A stretch of DNA of 55,544 bases from Eubacteriales bacterium. GTDB lineage: Bacteria; Bacillota; Clostridia; Oscillospirales; CAG-382. Position numbers and translations under genes: made by a program. Numbering within the stretch: position 1 is the stretch's first letter; each line of letters opens with the position of its first letter. Shown piece by piece: positions 36,325-46,133 of this stretch. The notes under the pieces were generated by a model. That model searched no databases. It had not been told where the DNA came from and was given only the letters and a program-made list of their open reading frames with translations. Location of the stretch: NCBI GenBank assembly GCA_045532495.1, contig JAZSGA010000042.1:1-55544 (forward strand). Reading direction: 5' to 3'.

Positions 36325-37539
36325 TTAAAGCATCTGTTCAAGATTTTTGCGTATTTCGGCTATGAAATCTGCAGAATTTACCGCCTTAACGGTATAACCC
36401 TCGCTTACAAGTCCCACAAGGTCCTTTGTCATAACACCGGAATCAAGTGTCTTTATGCAGGCGTTTTCAAGCTTATCGGCAAAGCCGCAAAGCTCGGGAA
36501 GCTCATCCATTTCGCCGCGCTTTCTAAGCGCACCTGTCCAGGCATAAATTGTAGCCATGGGGTTGGTGGAGGTTTCCTCGCCCTTGAGATAGCGGTAATA
36601 GTGACGGGTAACAGTACCGTGTGCCGCTTCATATTCGAACTTTCCGTCGGGAGAAACCAACACGGATGTCATCATGGCAAGCGAGCCGAATGCGGTGGAA
36701 ACCATATCGCTCATAACATCGCCGTCATAGTTTTTGCAAGCCCAGATATATCCTCCCTTGCTTCTTATAACACGGGCAACGGCATCGTCGATAAGGGTAT
36801 AGAAATATTCAATACCAAGCTCTTCAAACTTTGCCTTATAATCACGCTCGTAAATCTCTTCGAAAATGAGCTTGAATGTCTGATCGTACTTTTTGGAGAT
36901 GGTATCCTTGGTGGAGAACCACAGATCCTGCTTTGTATCTATGGCAAACTTAAAGCAGGAATGAGCAAAGGAAACAATGGAAGAATCCTTGTTGTACTGG
37001 CTTTGCAGAACGCCTGCACATTCGAAATCGTAAACGGTTTCGCGGAAGGTTTCGTTGCCATCCTTATCGGTAAACACCAGCTCTGCCTTGCCCTCGCCGG
37101 GAACACGGTATTCCGTTGCCTTGTAAACATCGCCATAAGCATGACGGGCAATGGTTATGGTTTTTTCCCAGTTTTTAACAACGGGTTTTACTGAATCTAT
37201 AAGAATAGGGGCGCGGAAAACGGTACCGTCAAGAATGGCACGTATTGTTCCGTTGGGGCTTTTCCACATTTCGGAAAGGTTATATTCCTCCACACGCTGT
37301 TTGTTGGGGGTAATGGTTGCGCACTTTACGGCAACACCGTATTTTTTTGCGGCATTTGCCGAATCCACGGTTACCTGGTCCTTGGTTCTTTCACGCTCTT
37401 CAAGTCCAAGATCGTAATATTCTGTCTTAAGGTCAACAAAGGGAAGAATAAGTTCATCCTTTATCATTTTCCATAAGATTCTTGTCATTTCGTCGCCGTC
37501 CATTTCAACAAGCGGCGTTTTCATTTGTATTTTAGCCAT
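36325..37539 (-). CDS. icd: NADP-isocitrate dehydrogenase, eukaryotic-like (type II, ~404 aa)
   Basis: N-terminus [23 protein letters not shown], the IDH1/2-like signature. Length and the GTVTRHYR block fit. Confidence 0.9.
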   Translation of the reverse strand: MAKIQMKTPLVEMDGDEMTRILWKMIKDELILPFVDLKTEYYDLGLEERERTKDQVTVDSANAAKKYGVAVKCATITPNKQRVEEYNLSEMWKSPNGTIRAILDGTVFRAPILIDSVKPVVKNWEKTITIARHAYGDVYKATEYRVPGEGKAELVFTDKDGNETFRETVYDFECAGVLQSQYNKDSSIVSFAHSCFKFAIDTKQDLWFSTKDTISKKYDQTFKLIFEEIYERDYKAKFEELGIEYFYTLIDDAVARVIRSKGGYIWACKNYDGDVMSDMVSTAFGSLAMMTSVLVSPDGKFEYEAAHGTVTRHYYRYLKGEETSTNPMATIYAWTGALRKRGEMDELPELCGFADKLENACIKTLDSGVMTKDLVGLVSEGYTVKAVNSADFIAEIRKNLEQML

Positions 37540-37573
37540 TGTAAAAACTCCTTTCGAATGGATAAATATTTAC

Positions 37574-39499
37574 TTATTCGCCCTTGGTGTAGCCAAGCAG
37601 ACCGCCTGCCTTGAGTATGGCTTTCTGGCGCTCGGTAAACGAGCAGTTAAGTGTAAAGCTTGCACCGCATGTTTTATCGGTAAGGGTGATCTTGCCGCTG
37701 TCCATGCCTGCAAAAATATCGTCCATGCAAAGCTCATCACCCTGATTAAGTTTGTCGTAATCATCGGGATTTTCAAAGGTAAGGGGCATTATGCCTGCGT
37801 TTATAAGGTTTGCCGCATGGATTCTTGCAAAGGATTTTGCAATTACCGCACGCACACCCAGATAAAGCGGTACAAGTGCCGCATGCTCACGGGATGAGCC
37901 CTGACCGTAGTTTGTGCCGCCCACCACAAAGCTTTGACCTGCTGCCTTTGCATTTTCAGGGAAATTCTCATCGCACACGCCAAAGCAGAACTTGGAAAGA
38001 TAAGGAATATTTGAACGGTAAGGAAGTATCTTTGCACCTGCGGGCATGATATGGTCTGTTGTGATATTGTCGCCCACTTTAAGCACAAGCTTTGCGGAAA
38101 TTTCGTTTGTTACCGGGTGAGAATCCGGGAAGGGCTTGATATTGGGACCGCGTTTTACCTCAAGGCTCTTTGCCTCATCGGCAGTTGCCGGTGCAATAAC
38201 AGCGCTGTCATCCACCAGATATTTTTCGGGGATGGTAACAACGGGTGCTTCGCCAAGCTTTCTGGGATCGGTTATTTTTCCGAAAACAGCTGCCGCCACT
38301 GCGGTTTCGGGCGAAACAAGGTAAACATTGCCGTCCTTGGTACCGCTGCGTCCCTGGAAATTACGGTTGAAGGTACGCAGGCTAACCCCTGCAGAGTTGG
38401 GCGAAAAGCCCATACCGATGCAAGGACCGCACGCACATTCAAGGAGTCTTGCACCCGAAGCGAGAATATCGCCCAATGCGCCGCTCTGCGCCAGCATTGA
38501 AAGCACCTGCTTTGAGCCGGGCGAAATGGAAAGGCTTACGGAAGGACAAATTGTTTTACCCTTTAAAAGTGCCGCAACCTTAAGCATATCGGAAAGCGAC
38601 GAGTTGGTGCAGGAGCCTATGCACACCTGATCCACCACGGTGCCTTCGATCTCGCTTACCTTAACAACATTATCGGGGCTGTGAGGACAAGCGATAAGGG
38701 GTTCGAGGGTTGAAAGGTCAATATCTATTATTTTGTCGTAAACGGCATCCGCATCGCTTTCAAGCGGAACATAATCCGCTCCTCTGCCCTCGGCTTCAAG
38801 GAATGCCTTTGTTATTTCATCGGAGGGGAATATGGATGTGGTGGCTCCAAGCTCGGTACCCATGTTTGTAATTGTGGCACGCTCGGGAACAGAAAGTGTT
38901 TTTATACCCTCGCCGCCCCATTCTATAATTGCGCCCACACCGCCTTTAACGGAAAGTATGCGCAGTATCTCAAGGCTTACATCCTTGGCGGTAACAAAGC
39001 TGCGCAGCTTGCCGGTAAGATTAACCTTGTACATTTTGGGCATGGTTATGTAATAAGCACCGCCGCCCATGGCAACGGCAACATCCAAACCGCCTGCGCC
39101 CATGGCAAGCATACCTATGCCGCCGCCTGTGGGTGTGTGGCTATCGGAACCGATAAGGGTTTTTCCGGGTATGCCAAAGCGTTCAAGGTGTACCTGATGG
39201 CATATTCCGTTACCGGGACGCGAAAACCATATGCCGTGCTTTTTTGCAACGCTCTGGATGTAAATATGGTCATCCGCATTTTCAAAGCCGCACTGCAGGG
39301 TGTTGTGGTCGATATATGCAACGGAACGTTCGGTTTTTACTCTGTCAATACCAATGGCTTCGAATTCGAGATAAGCCATGGTGCCTGTGGCATCCTGGGT
39401 AAGTGTTTGGTCGATCTTAAGAGCGATCTCACTGCCGGGTGTCATATCGCCTTCAATAAGGTGATTTTTGATAATTTTCTGAGCGATTGTAAGACCCAT
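37574..39499 (-). CDS. Aconitate hydratase (~640-aa form)
   Basis: The ATG at 39499 has an AAAGGAG RBS. Fe-S ligand regions IGSCTNS and CGPCIGMG. C-terminal swivel domain (GTNYGQGSSREHAA). Confidence 0.9.
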   Translation of the reverse strand: MGLTIAQKIIKNHLIEGDMTPGSEIALKIDQTLTQDATGTMAYLEFEAIGIDRVKTERSVAYIDHNTLQCGFENADDHIYIQSVAKKHGIWFSRPGNGICHQVHLERFGIPGKTLIGSDSHTPTGGGIGMLAMGAGGLDVAVAMGGGAYYITMPKMYKVNLTGKLRSFVTAKDVSLEILRILSVKGGVGAIIEWGGEGIKTLSVPERATITNMGTELGATTSIFPSDEITKAFLEAEGRGADYVPLESDADAVYDKIIDIDLSTLEPLIACPHSPDNVVKVSEIEGTVVDQVCIGSCTNSSLSDMLKVAALLKGKTICPSVSLSISPGSKQVLSMLAQSGALGDILASGARLLECACGPCIGMGFSPNSAGVSLRTFNRNFQGRSGTKDGNVYLVSPETAVAAAVFGKITDPRKLGEAPVVTIPEKYLVDDSAVIAPATADEAKSLEVKRGPNIKPFPDSHPVTNEISAKLVLKVGDNITTDHIMPAGAKILPYRSNIPYLSKFCFGVCDENFPENAKAAGQSFVVGGTNYGQGSSREHAALVPLYLGVRAVIAKSFARIHAANLINAGIMPLTFENPDDYDKLNQGDELCMDDIFAGMDSGKITLTDKTCGASFTLNCSFTERQKAILKAGGLLGYTKGE

Positions 39500-39515
39500 T
39501 TTTCTGCTCCTTTGG

Positions 39516-40175
39516 TTATTCATTAAAATTATTTACTATGTTTTTATGCGCATTTTCAATATGCTGTGCCGTAAGCTTTTCGGCAAGCTCGCCGTCACGC
39601 TTTTCAAGCGCATCCAATATTTCGCGGTGCTCGCGGGCGGCACATTTTGCACGCTCGGGGTTTTGGATGGAAAGCTTGCGGAATTTGCGTATTCTGCGGT
39701 GAAGCCCCGAAAGCACGGAAGAATATATTTCGCTGCCGCACACGGCATATATGGTTTCGTGGAAAGCACTGTCGGTATCTTTGATCTTATCCGAAAGCCC
39801 TTTTTGAGTATAGAATTCCTGAAGATCAATAATTTCCTTAAGCTTTGCCAAAGCCTCATCGGTAATACAGCCTGCACATTTTTTTGCCGCAAGCCCCTCA
39901 AGCCTTGAACGTATTTCGTAAATATCTTCAAGATCGTTTTTATCTATACCGAGTATCTCCACACCCTTTGTGGTTATTTTTATAAGCCCCTCCTGCTCAA
40001 GTCGGCGTATTGCCTCGCGTATGGGAGTTCGGCTTACACCAAACAGCTTTGAAAGACTACATTCGGTATAGGTTTCGCCCGGACGGAATTTGCCGGAAAG
40101 TATATCGTTTTCAATGCGTTCAAAAACGCTGTCGGCAAGGGAAACAAATTTTATATCTGATCCTGCTGTTACCAT
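39516..40175 (-). CDS. GntR-family (FCD subfamily) transcriptional regulator
   Basis: N-terminal winged HTH (LSKLFGVSRTPIREAIRRLEQEGLI) and an all-helical C-terminal FCD-like domain with His residues. Confidence 0.85.
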   Translation of the reverse strand: MVTAGSDIKFVSLADSVFERIENDILSGKFRPGETYTECSLSKLFGVSRTPIREAIRRLEQEGLIKITTKGVEILGIDKNDLEDIYEIRSRLEGLAAKKCAGCITDEALAKLKEIIDLQEFYTQKGLSDKIKDTDSAFHETIYAVCGSEIYSSVLSGLHRRIRKFRKLSIQNPERAKCAAREHREILDALEKRDGELAEKLTAQHIENAHKNIVNNFNE

Positions 40176-40188
40176 TTACTCACCGCTT

Positions 40189-41559
40189 TCAGAGCTTTCC
40201 GCCCGACAGCTCGGTTACCATTGTTTCAAGCTCGTGGGTGGAAATAGCGTTCTGGCGTCCGTTATCGTATTCGGCATCCACCCAATCCTTTATGGTAACA
40301 ACCATATTGCTGCGTTTGTCTATTTCATCAGGAGTGCCTATAAGCTTGTAGTGCTGATTGATCCAGTAAGCAATACCTGCAAGGCCGGATGTTTTTGTTA
40401 TCATAACCGTGGCAGGACGATTGAGAATGGTTTCGGTATCAAAAATGTTGTATATTTCCTGATCCTTTAAAAGTCCGTCGGCATGTATGCCTGCACGGGT
40501 AACATTGAAGTTTTCTCCCACAAAAGGTGTCATGGGAGGAATTTTATAACCCATTTCCTTGGAGAAATATTCGGCGATCTCTGTTATTACGGAAGGATCC
40601 ATGCCGTCAAATGTGCCGCGCAAAGATGCATATTCAAACACCATGGCTTCCAGCGGAATGTTACCTGTACGTTCACCTATGCCAAGCAGCGAGCAGTTTA
40701 CGGCAGATGCACCGTAAAGCCATGCGGTGGAAGCATTTGCCACAGCCTTATAAAAGTCATTATGACCGTGCCATTCAAGGTTTTCGCTGGGGACATCGGA
40801 ATAGTGCTGCAGACCGTAGATAATGCCAGCAACGCTTCGGGGAAGCGCAACTTCGGTATAGGGCACACCGTAGCCCATGGTATCGCACGCACGGAATTTT
40901 ACGGGTATGCCTGCCTTTACGGAAAGATCGTGGATGGCATTTACAAAGGGAACAACAAAACCGTAGAAATCCGCTCTTGTTATATCTTCAAGATGGCAAC
41001 GGGGCACAACACCTGCCTCAAAAGCATCGGAAATGGTGGCAAGATAATGCTCCAGCGCCTGGCTGCGTGTCATTTTGAGCTTTTTAAAAATATGGTAATC
41101 GGAGCAGGAAACAAGGATACCCGTTTCCTTGATGCCGATATCGCGCACAAGCTTAAAATCCTCACGGCTGGCGCGGATCCATGTGGTGATTTCGGGGAAT
41201 TTGAGTCCGAGTTCACGGCACTTTTCCAAAGCTTCACGGTCTTTTCGGCTGTAAATAAAGAATTCTGTCTGACGGATTATGCCGTTGGGACCGCCAAGGC
41301 GTGAAAGCAGCTTGTAAAGGTTTAATATCTGTTCCACGGTGTAGGGCTCAACGGATTGCTGACCGTCACGCATGGTGGTATCGGTTATCCATATATTTTC
41401 AGGCATATTCATAGGAGTGCGGCGGTGGTTGAATGGCACCTTGGGCACCTCGCTGTATGAGTAAACATCACGCCACAGGTTAGGCTCTGCCACATCCTGA
41501 AGCTGATACTTATATGACTTTTGTTCAAGCAGGTTGGTTTTCTTGGAAATTTCTAACAT
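40189..41559 (-). CDS. Homocitrate/isopropylmalate-synthase-family enzyme, probably Re-citrate synthase
   Basis: The ATG at 41559 has an AAAGGAG RBS. DTTMRDGQQ and HGHND (HMGL-like) motifs. Operon context with aconitase and IDH, and no Si-citrate synthase in view. Confidence 0.65.
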   Translation of the reverse strand: MLEISKKTNLLEQKSYKYQLQDVAEPNLWRDVYSYSEVPKVPFNHRRTPMNMPENIWITDTTMRDGQQSVEPYTVEQILNLYKLLSRLGGPNGIIRQTEFFIYSRKDREALEKCRELGLKFPEITTWIRASREDFKLVRDIGIKETGILVSCSDYHIFKKLKMTRSQALEHYLATISDAFEAGVVPRCHLEDITRADFYGFVVPFVNAIHDLSVKAGIPVKFRACDTMGYGVPYTEVALPRSVAGIIYGLQHYSDVPSENLEWHGHNDFYKAVANASTAWLYGASAVNCSLLGIGERTGNIPLEAMVFEYASLRGTFDGMDPSVITEIAEYFSKEMGYKIPPMTPFVGENFNVTRAGIHADGLLKDQEIYNIFDTETILNRPATVMITKTSGLAGIAYWINQHYKLIGTPDEIDKRSNMVVTIKDWVDAEYDNGRQNAISTHELETMVTELSGGKL

Positions 41560-41607
41560 TTTAAGGTCTCCTTTCAAGGGGGAAACAAGAATAAAAATAC
41601 AATAGCT

Positions 41608-41629
41608 GTATAATTGTATACAATTATAC
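41608..41629. promoter_or_regulatory. Perfect 22-bp palindrome, candidate GntR operator
   Basis: GTATAATTGTATACAATTATAC was verified base by base as self-complementary. A second 10-bp inverted repeat (41605-41614 / 41631-40) is nested around it. Confidence 0.6.
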
Positions 41630-41651
41630 GATTATACAGCCGATTTGTCAA
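41623..41651 (-). promoter_or_regulatory. Consensus sigma-A promoter of the citrate synthase-gntR-acn-icd operon
   Basis: On the minus strand: TTGACA, 17-nt spacer, TATAAT. The -10 box lies inside the palindrome. Confidence 0.65.
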
Positions 41652-41712
41652 GTGCCGCATTTATTTTTTAACATACGGTACATATATTATATTTAAAGCG
41701 GGGCAAAAAGTT

Positions 41713-42150
41713 TTAGAGTATCCAGATGGAAGGATCACGTTTTGAGGAGGCTCTGCTGTTTTTAAGCACATCCTCCAGAGTTTGGGCGTTGATGTAATCG
41801 TTTACAGCCTTTTCAAGTCCACGCCAGAAATCCGATGCCTTGCAATCACGGTAGTTTTCGCAAAGCTCCCCTTTTGTGCAGGGTGCCGTGCAAAATTCGC
41901 CTTCGGATGCACGCAAAATATCGCCGATATTGTATTCCGCAGGCTCACGCATTAATCTGTAACCACCGCCGTTGCCACGGGATGCGGCAACAAATTCGTT
42001 TTTTACAAGCAGCGTTACTATCTGTTCAAGATATTTTACTGTTATGCCCTGACGCTCGCTTATATCCTTAAGCGGCACAAGGCTTTCCCTGTTTTCGGCA
42101 AGATCTATCATTATTCTGAGGGCGTATCTGCCCTTTGTGGATACTTTCAT
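41713..42150 (-). CDS. Rrf2-family transcriptional regulator (Cys-cluster type)
   Basis: MKVSTKGRYALRIM N-terminus, GGGY block, and Cys residues in FCTAPCTKGELCENYRDC. Confidence 0.85.
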   Translation of the reverse strand: MKVSTKGRYALRIMIDLAENRESLVPLKDISERQGITVKYLEQIVTLLVKNEFVAASRGNGGGYRLMREPAEYNIGDILRASEGEFCTAPCTKGELCENYRDCKASDFWRGLEKAVNDYINAQTLEDVLKNSRASSKRDPSIWIL

Positions 42151-42250
42151 TCTGAATTCCTCCGCATTTCATACTTAACCAATATGAATTATTATAGCAT
42201 ATATTTGTACAGTTTTCAAGTGTAAAGTCTGAATATCAACACATTTTTCC

Positions 42251-42283
42251 AAAAGCAAAAGGGCACCGGCATCACCGGCACCC
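42251..42283 (-). terminator. Probable terminator after the GH127 gene
   Basis: The minus-strand RNA can form a 9-bp stem (2 G-U) GGGUGCCGG/CCGGUGCCC, followed by UUUUGCUUUU. Confidence 0.55.
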
Positions 42284-42291
42284 AATTTTTG

Positions 42292-44106
42292 TTATTTAAG
42301 CGGAATATAAGTAATCATTTCGTGTTCGCCACGGTTGGCAAAGCCGAAATAAGGTATCATTTTAAGCACGGCAGGAATTTTTTTCGGAGGCTCATCGGAA
42401 TAAAGCTCTTCTCCGCTGCTCCTTACCTCGCCGTCAAGCTCCAGCATGGGCACACCGTGGAATTCGCCAACTGTGCGGATTTTGCAGGCTGCATCGGCAA
42501 AAAAGCTTTCAACGGTTTCGTTGTCGGCGGTTTCGGCACAGTAAACCACGGGGCCGTACATCACAGCCGCTCTGCCCGTGTTATCATATACACGGGTATT
42601 GGAATATACAAACCTTGCGCAAAGGTTAAAGTCCAGCTCTATATTTTCACCGTTGGCATCAAAATACGCATATCCGCTATTTATTTCATAAGGAAGATTT
42701 GCTGTAAGCTTTTTGCAGTAATAAGGCACACGCACAGCCACCTTTTTAACTCCGGCGGTCTTTATACACACCTTTCCGTTTTGCGGAAAAACGGTGGATA
42801 TTTCCGCACAAATACCGTCCTTTTCAAATTCGGATGCAATATACTGATGCACAAAAAGTGTATCCTCACCCAATGAATATATATATCCGCCAAGGGATGC
42901 CATAAGGCGCACTATATTTGGAGGGCAGCACGAGCAGCGGAACACCTTGCGGCGGGTGCGGGGAACATAGTGATGGGGCTTTAAAAAGTTGTAATACTCG
43001 ATCTGGTAATCCTCGTTGCGTATTTCAAGGGGATTTTCGTAGAAGAACGAATCGCCCTCCAGCGAAACGCCCGAAAGGCTTCCGTTGTAAAGGGTACGTT
43101 CCACCGCATCGGCATAAACGGAATCCGCCTCGCAAAGGCTCATGCGGTGAGCAAACATGCCCATGGATATGGAAGCGCAGGTTTCGGCATAGGCGGTTTT
43201 GTTTGGCAGGTGGTAATCGCTGGTATAACGCTCGCCGAGATAAGTTGAGCCCTGGGCACCTGTTATGTACATTCTTTTGCGTGTGGCGTTATCAAACACT
43301 CTGCGGCAGGCATCGTAAAGTTCTTTATCATCTGTTTCGTATGCCAGATCGCACACGCCACTCATAAGATAATTCATACGCACGCTGTGACCTTCGGCAT
43401 TCTGTGCCTTGCGCACGGGCAAAAGATCGTGGGCGTATTTGGGATCGTCAAACAAAGGCTTGTCTTTATCATTATTACCTCGCTGTTCCACAAAGAACGA
43501 GCAAAGGTCAAGATATTTCTTGTTTTTTGTGGTGCGGTAAAGCCTTATAAGAGCAAGCTCTATTTCGGGATGGCCGGGAGTTACAAAGTATTCGTTGCCC
43601 TCTTGTACAAAAATTTTGTATATAAGGTCGGCATAGCGTTCCATAAGGCGCAGGTATCTGTCACGTCCCGTTGCTTCATAATATGCACAAGCCGCTTCAA
43701 AATGGTGTCCTGCACAGTAAAGCTCATGCTGATCACGGTCGGTAAAACGTGCCGAAAGCCCGAAAATGTTAAAATAAACATTGTAGTATCCGTCGGGAGT
43801 CATGTTTTTTTCAATACCGTCGATAAGGCTTTCGATTTTTTCCTGCACCTCGGGTATATCCTCATGCATGAGGATATATGAGGCACCCTCGATCCATTTT
43901 GCCACATCGGAATCCCAGAAATAATGCGGTCTCTGATCGGCAGGATCGCCGTTGCGCCACGAACATTCAAAGGATTTTATTCTGCCGGTTTCATAAAAAC
44001 GGTTATAAACGGCATCCATTGTCACATTACGGTTTATAAGCTGACGGTTTTTCCAGAAACCGTCTTTTAATGTTACATCCTTGCAGCTTACGGCTGTAGT
44101 TTTCAT
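42292..44106 (-). CDS. Glycoside hydrolase family 127 (DUF1680, beta-L-arabinofuranosidase-like)
   Basis: N-terminal V.L.DG.W pattern. Conserved Cys-Cys catalytic/Zn motif in FRCSCCPPNIVR. ~600 aa. Confidence 0.8.
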   Translation of the reverse strand: MKTTAVSCKDVTLKDGFWKNRQLINRNVTMDAVYNRFYETGRIKSFECSWRNGDPADQRPHYFWDSDVAKWIEGASYILMHEDIPEVQEKIESLIDGIEKNMTPDGYYNVYFNIFGLSARFTDRDQHELYCAGHHFEAACAYYEATGRDRYLRLMERYADLIYKIFVQEGNEYFVTPGHPEIELALIRLYRTTKNKKYLDLCSFFVEQRGNNDKDKPLFDDPKYAHDLLPVRKAQNAEGHSVRMNYLMSGVCDLAYETDDKELYDACRRVFDNATRKRMYITGAQGSTYLGERYTSDYHLPNKTAYAETCASISMGMFAHRMSLCEADSVYADAVERTLYNGSLSGVSLEGDSFFYENPLEIRNEDYQIEYYNFLKPHHYVPRTRRKVFRCSCCPPNIVRLMASLGGYIYSLGEDTLFVHQYIASEFEKDGICAEISTVFPQNGKVCIKTAGVKKVAVRVPYYCKKLTANLPYEINSGYAYFDANGENIELDFNLCARFVYSNTRVYDNTGRAAVMYGPVVYCAETADNETVESFFADAACKIRTVGEFHGVPMLELDGEVRSSGEELYSDEPPKKIPAVLKMIPYFGFANRGEHEMITYIPLK

Positions 44107-44145
44107 TAATATTCACCTTTGCCTTTCGGAATGAATTTTTAACTG

Positions 44146-44174
44146 TTGACATAACGTGTTATTTGCTGTACAAT
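44146..44174 (+). promoter_or_regulatory. Sigma-A type promoter for the AraC regulator
   Basis: TTGACA, 17-nt spacer, TACAAT. Confidence 0.55.
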
Positions 44175-44243
44175 ACCATTATATACCAAAACACGTATCA
44201 TTCAAGTGCAAATTCCGCAACAAAAGTGAGAAAATCCGACATT

Positions 44244-45023
44244 ATGAACAACACAGATATAACCAACCACAAACTAAACTACCGCATGGCAGGCCTTTTT
44301 GTGTCCCGTGGGGAATGGTGCCATCCCGGTATCACCGAACCGACATACGAAATAATACTGGTTATGTCGGGCAAAGTGCATATCCGTGAGGAGCAAACCG
44401 AGTACACCCTTGAAAAAAACAGCCTTCTGCTGTTATCCCCCGGAAAATACCATGTGGGCACACGCAGTTCCAAAAACGTTTCGTTTTACTGGCTACATTT
44501 TACCACAGACGCCGTGTTTGAAAAAAAGCATTTTGAGCTTACCGACACCGCACAGCTGGTGGCGCTTTTCCGCATGCTTCTGCATACGTTAAACACGCCT
44601 TTTTACCCACGATCATCGGCAGAATACACATTGCGGCTTATACTTAACGAAATACGCTTTGTTTCGGGCAAAAGTGAGGAGCGTGACAAAGCCGCATACA
44701 TGGCGGCAGAATATGCCTTATCAAACATCCGCCTGCGGCTTTCGGTGGCAGATATTGCGGAGCATCTGGGATATAACCCCGATTATCTTTGCCGCATATT
44801 CAAAAAAACCTTTGGCAAAACATTAAAACAGTTTGTTGCCGAAGAAACAATAAAAAGGGCAAAAACCCTGCTTACCGAATCGGGCAGCAATATAAGCAAT
44901 GTGGCATGTGAGCTGGGTTTTGAAACCGAAAACCTTTTTACAAAGTTCTTTAAGTACCATGAGGGCATGTCGCCGTCGCAATATGTTTCCATGTGCTACA
45001 ACACCCACATAAACCACAAATAA
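44244..45023 (+). CDS. AraC-family regulator (cupin-like N-terminal domain + double HTH)
   Basis: C-terminal FKKTFGKTLKQF...LGFETENLFTKFFKYHEGMSPSQY. Divergent from the GH127 gene. The ATG at 44244 is preferred over the ORF-track start. Confidence 0.85.
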   Translation: MNNTDITNHKLNYRMAGLFVSRGEWCHPGITEPTYEIILVMSGKVHIREEQTEYTLEKNSLLLLSPGKYHVGTRSSKNVSFYWLHFTTDAVFEKKHFELTDTAQLVALFRMLLHTLNTPFYPRSSAEYTLRLILNEIRFVSGKSEERDKAAYMAAEYALSNIRLRLSVADIAEHLGYNPDYLCRIFKKTFGKTLKQFVAEETIKRAKTLLTESGSNISNVACELGFETENLFTKFFKYHEGMSPSQYVSMCYNTHINHK

Positions 45024-45039
45024 CATATCGACATTCTGC

Positions 45040-45078
45040 GCCGCACAGCATTAAAATATGCCGTGCGGCTTGTTTATT
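45040..45078 (+). terminator. Rho-independent terminator after araC
   Basis: 12-bp stem (one mismatch) GCCGCACAGCAT/ATGCCGTGCGGC, 6-nt loop, T-rich tail. Confidence 0.7.
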
Positions 45079-45191
45079 CGCCAAAAACACGGTGCATAAT
45101 GCGTTATTTTACAGCGGTTTTTTCGGGACATATTTGATAAAGCGGGATAAAATTTATACAAAGGCACAAAAAGCAAGGAAGGTATACTTTT

Positions 45192-46055
45192 ATGTCACTG
45201 TTTTTTAATCCCACAAAAAGCGACCGTCAGCTCAGAAAACTGCCGGTGGAAAAAATATTGCCCAATCCCATGCAGCCCCGAAAGCACTTTGACGAGGACG
45301 CCATAAATTCTCTTGCCGACAGCATTGCACGCTACGGTGTTATACAACCCGTAAGTGTGCGTGTGCGTGACGGAAAATATGAACTGGTGGCAGGGGAACG
45401 CAGACTGCGCGCGGCAAGAATTGCAGGTCTTACGGAAATCCCCTGCATAATTATACGTGCCGGCGAAAAAAGATCTGCCGAGATAGCCATGGTGGAAAAC
45501 CTGCAACGCAGCGATCTGGATATTTTTGAAGAAGCCGAGGCCATTGAACGTCTGCTTGCCGCAGGCGACTGCACGCAGGCACAACTTGCCGAAAAGCTTT
45601 CAATGTCGCAAAGTGCCATTGCCAACAAACTGCGGCTTTTGCGTTTTACGGCAGAGCAGCGGAAGCTTATACGGGCAGGCAAGCTTTCGGAACGCCATGC
45701 CAGGGCGCTTTTGCGTGTGCCGCCCGAAAAGCGCAGTGAGGCAATACAAAAGGTTACGGATGACGGCATGAGCGTAAGCTGTGCCGAGGAATACATAGAT
45801 TCCATTGTGTGTGCAAAGCTGGTTGACCGCGAGCTTGACAAAAGCCGCAAAAAAGCAGAGCCGGCACCAAAACAAACTGCCGCATCCCCTGCCCCAAAGC
45901 CCATACGCACCGTGCTTATAGGCGACCTAACGCTTTTTTACAACAGCATAGAGCGCTCACTTTCCATGCTTCGCAGCGCAGGCTTTGATGCGGATTTTAC
46001 AAAAGATGAAACCGAGGATGGGGTAAAGCTTTTTATTACGTTGAAAAAGGGGTAA
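45192..46055 (+). CDS. ParB/Spo0J/Noc-family protein (no adjacent parA)
   Basis: ParB N-domain (ILPNPMQPRK.FDE..I..LA.SI...GVIQP, LVAGERRLRAA) and a central HTH (TQAQLAEKLSMSQSAIANKLRLL). Confidence 0.85.
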   Translation: MSLFFNPTKSDRQLRKLPVEKILPNPMQPRKHFDEDAINSLADSIARYGVIQPVSVRVRDGKYELVAGERRLRAARIAGLTEIPCIIIRAGEKRSAEIAMVENLQRSDLDIFEEAEAIERLLAAGDCTQAQLAEKLSMSQSAIANKLRLLRFTAEQRKLIRAGKLSERHARALLRVPPEKRSEAIQKVTDDGMSVSCAEEYIDSIVCAKLVDRELDKSRKKAEPAPKQTAASPAPKPIRTVLIGDLTLFYNSIERSLSMLRSAGFDADFTKDETEDGVKLFITLKKG

Positions 46056-46066
46056 ATATATGGCAA

Positions 46067-46092
46067 ACAGCAGCTGCGGCTGCTGTTTTTTA
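46067..46092 (+). terminator. Rho-independent terminator after parB-like gene
   Basis: 8-bp stem ACAGCAGC/GCTGCTGT, loop TGCG, T-run. Confidence 0.8.
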
Positions 46093-46100
46093 AAATAATA

Positions 46101-46129
46101 TTGATATTTTAAAAATTATGTGTTATAAT
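46101..46129 (+). promoter_or_regulatory. Sigma-A promoter with extended -10
   Basis: TTGATA, 17-nt spacer, TGtTATAAT. Confidence 0.65.
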
Positions 46130-46133
46130 ACAC

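Noticed and set aside
44152-44200. Inverted 7-mers ACGTGTT / AACACGT in the GH127-araC divergent region, as a possible AraC site.
   Set aside because: They are only 7 bp, widely spaced, and could arise by chance. There is no second supporting copy.
45192-46100. parS (TGTTNCACGTGAAACA-like) site in or near the parB-like gene.
   Set aside because: The CACGTG cores I noticed (e.g. near 27705, 47652 and 53645) lack the TGTT/AACA flanks. Nothing convincing was found by eye, so a proper pattern search is needed.
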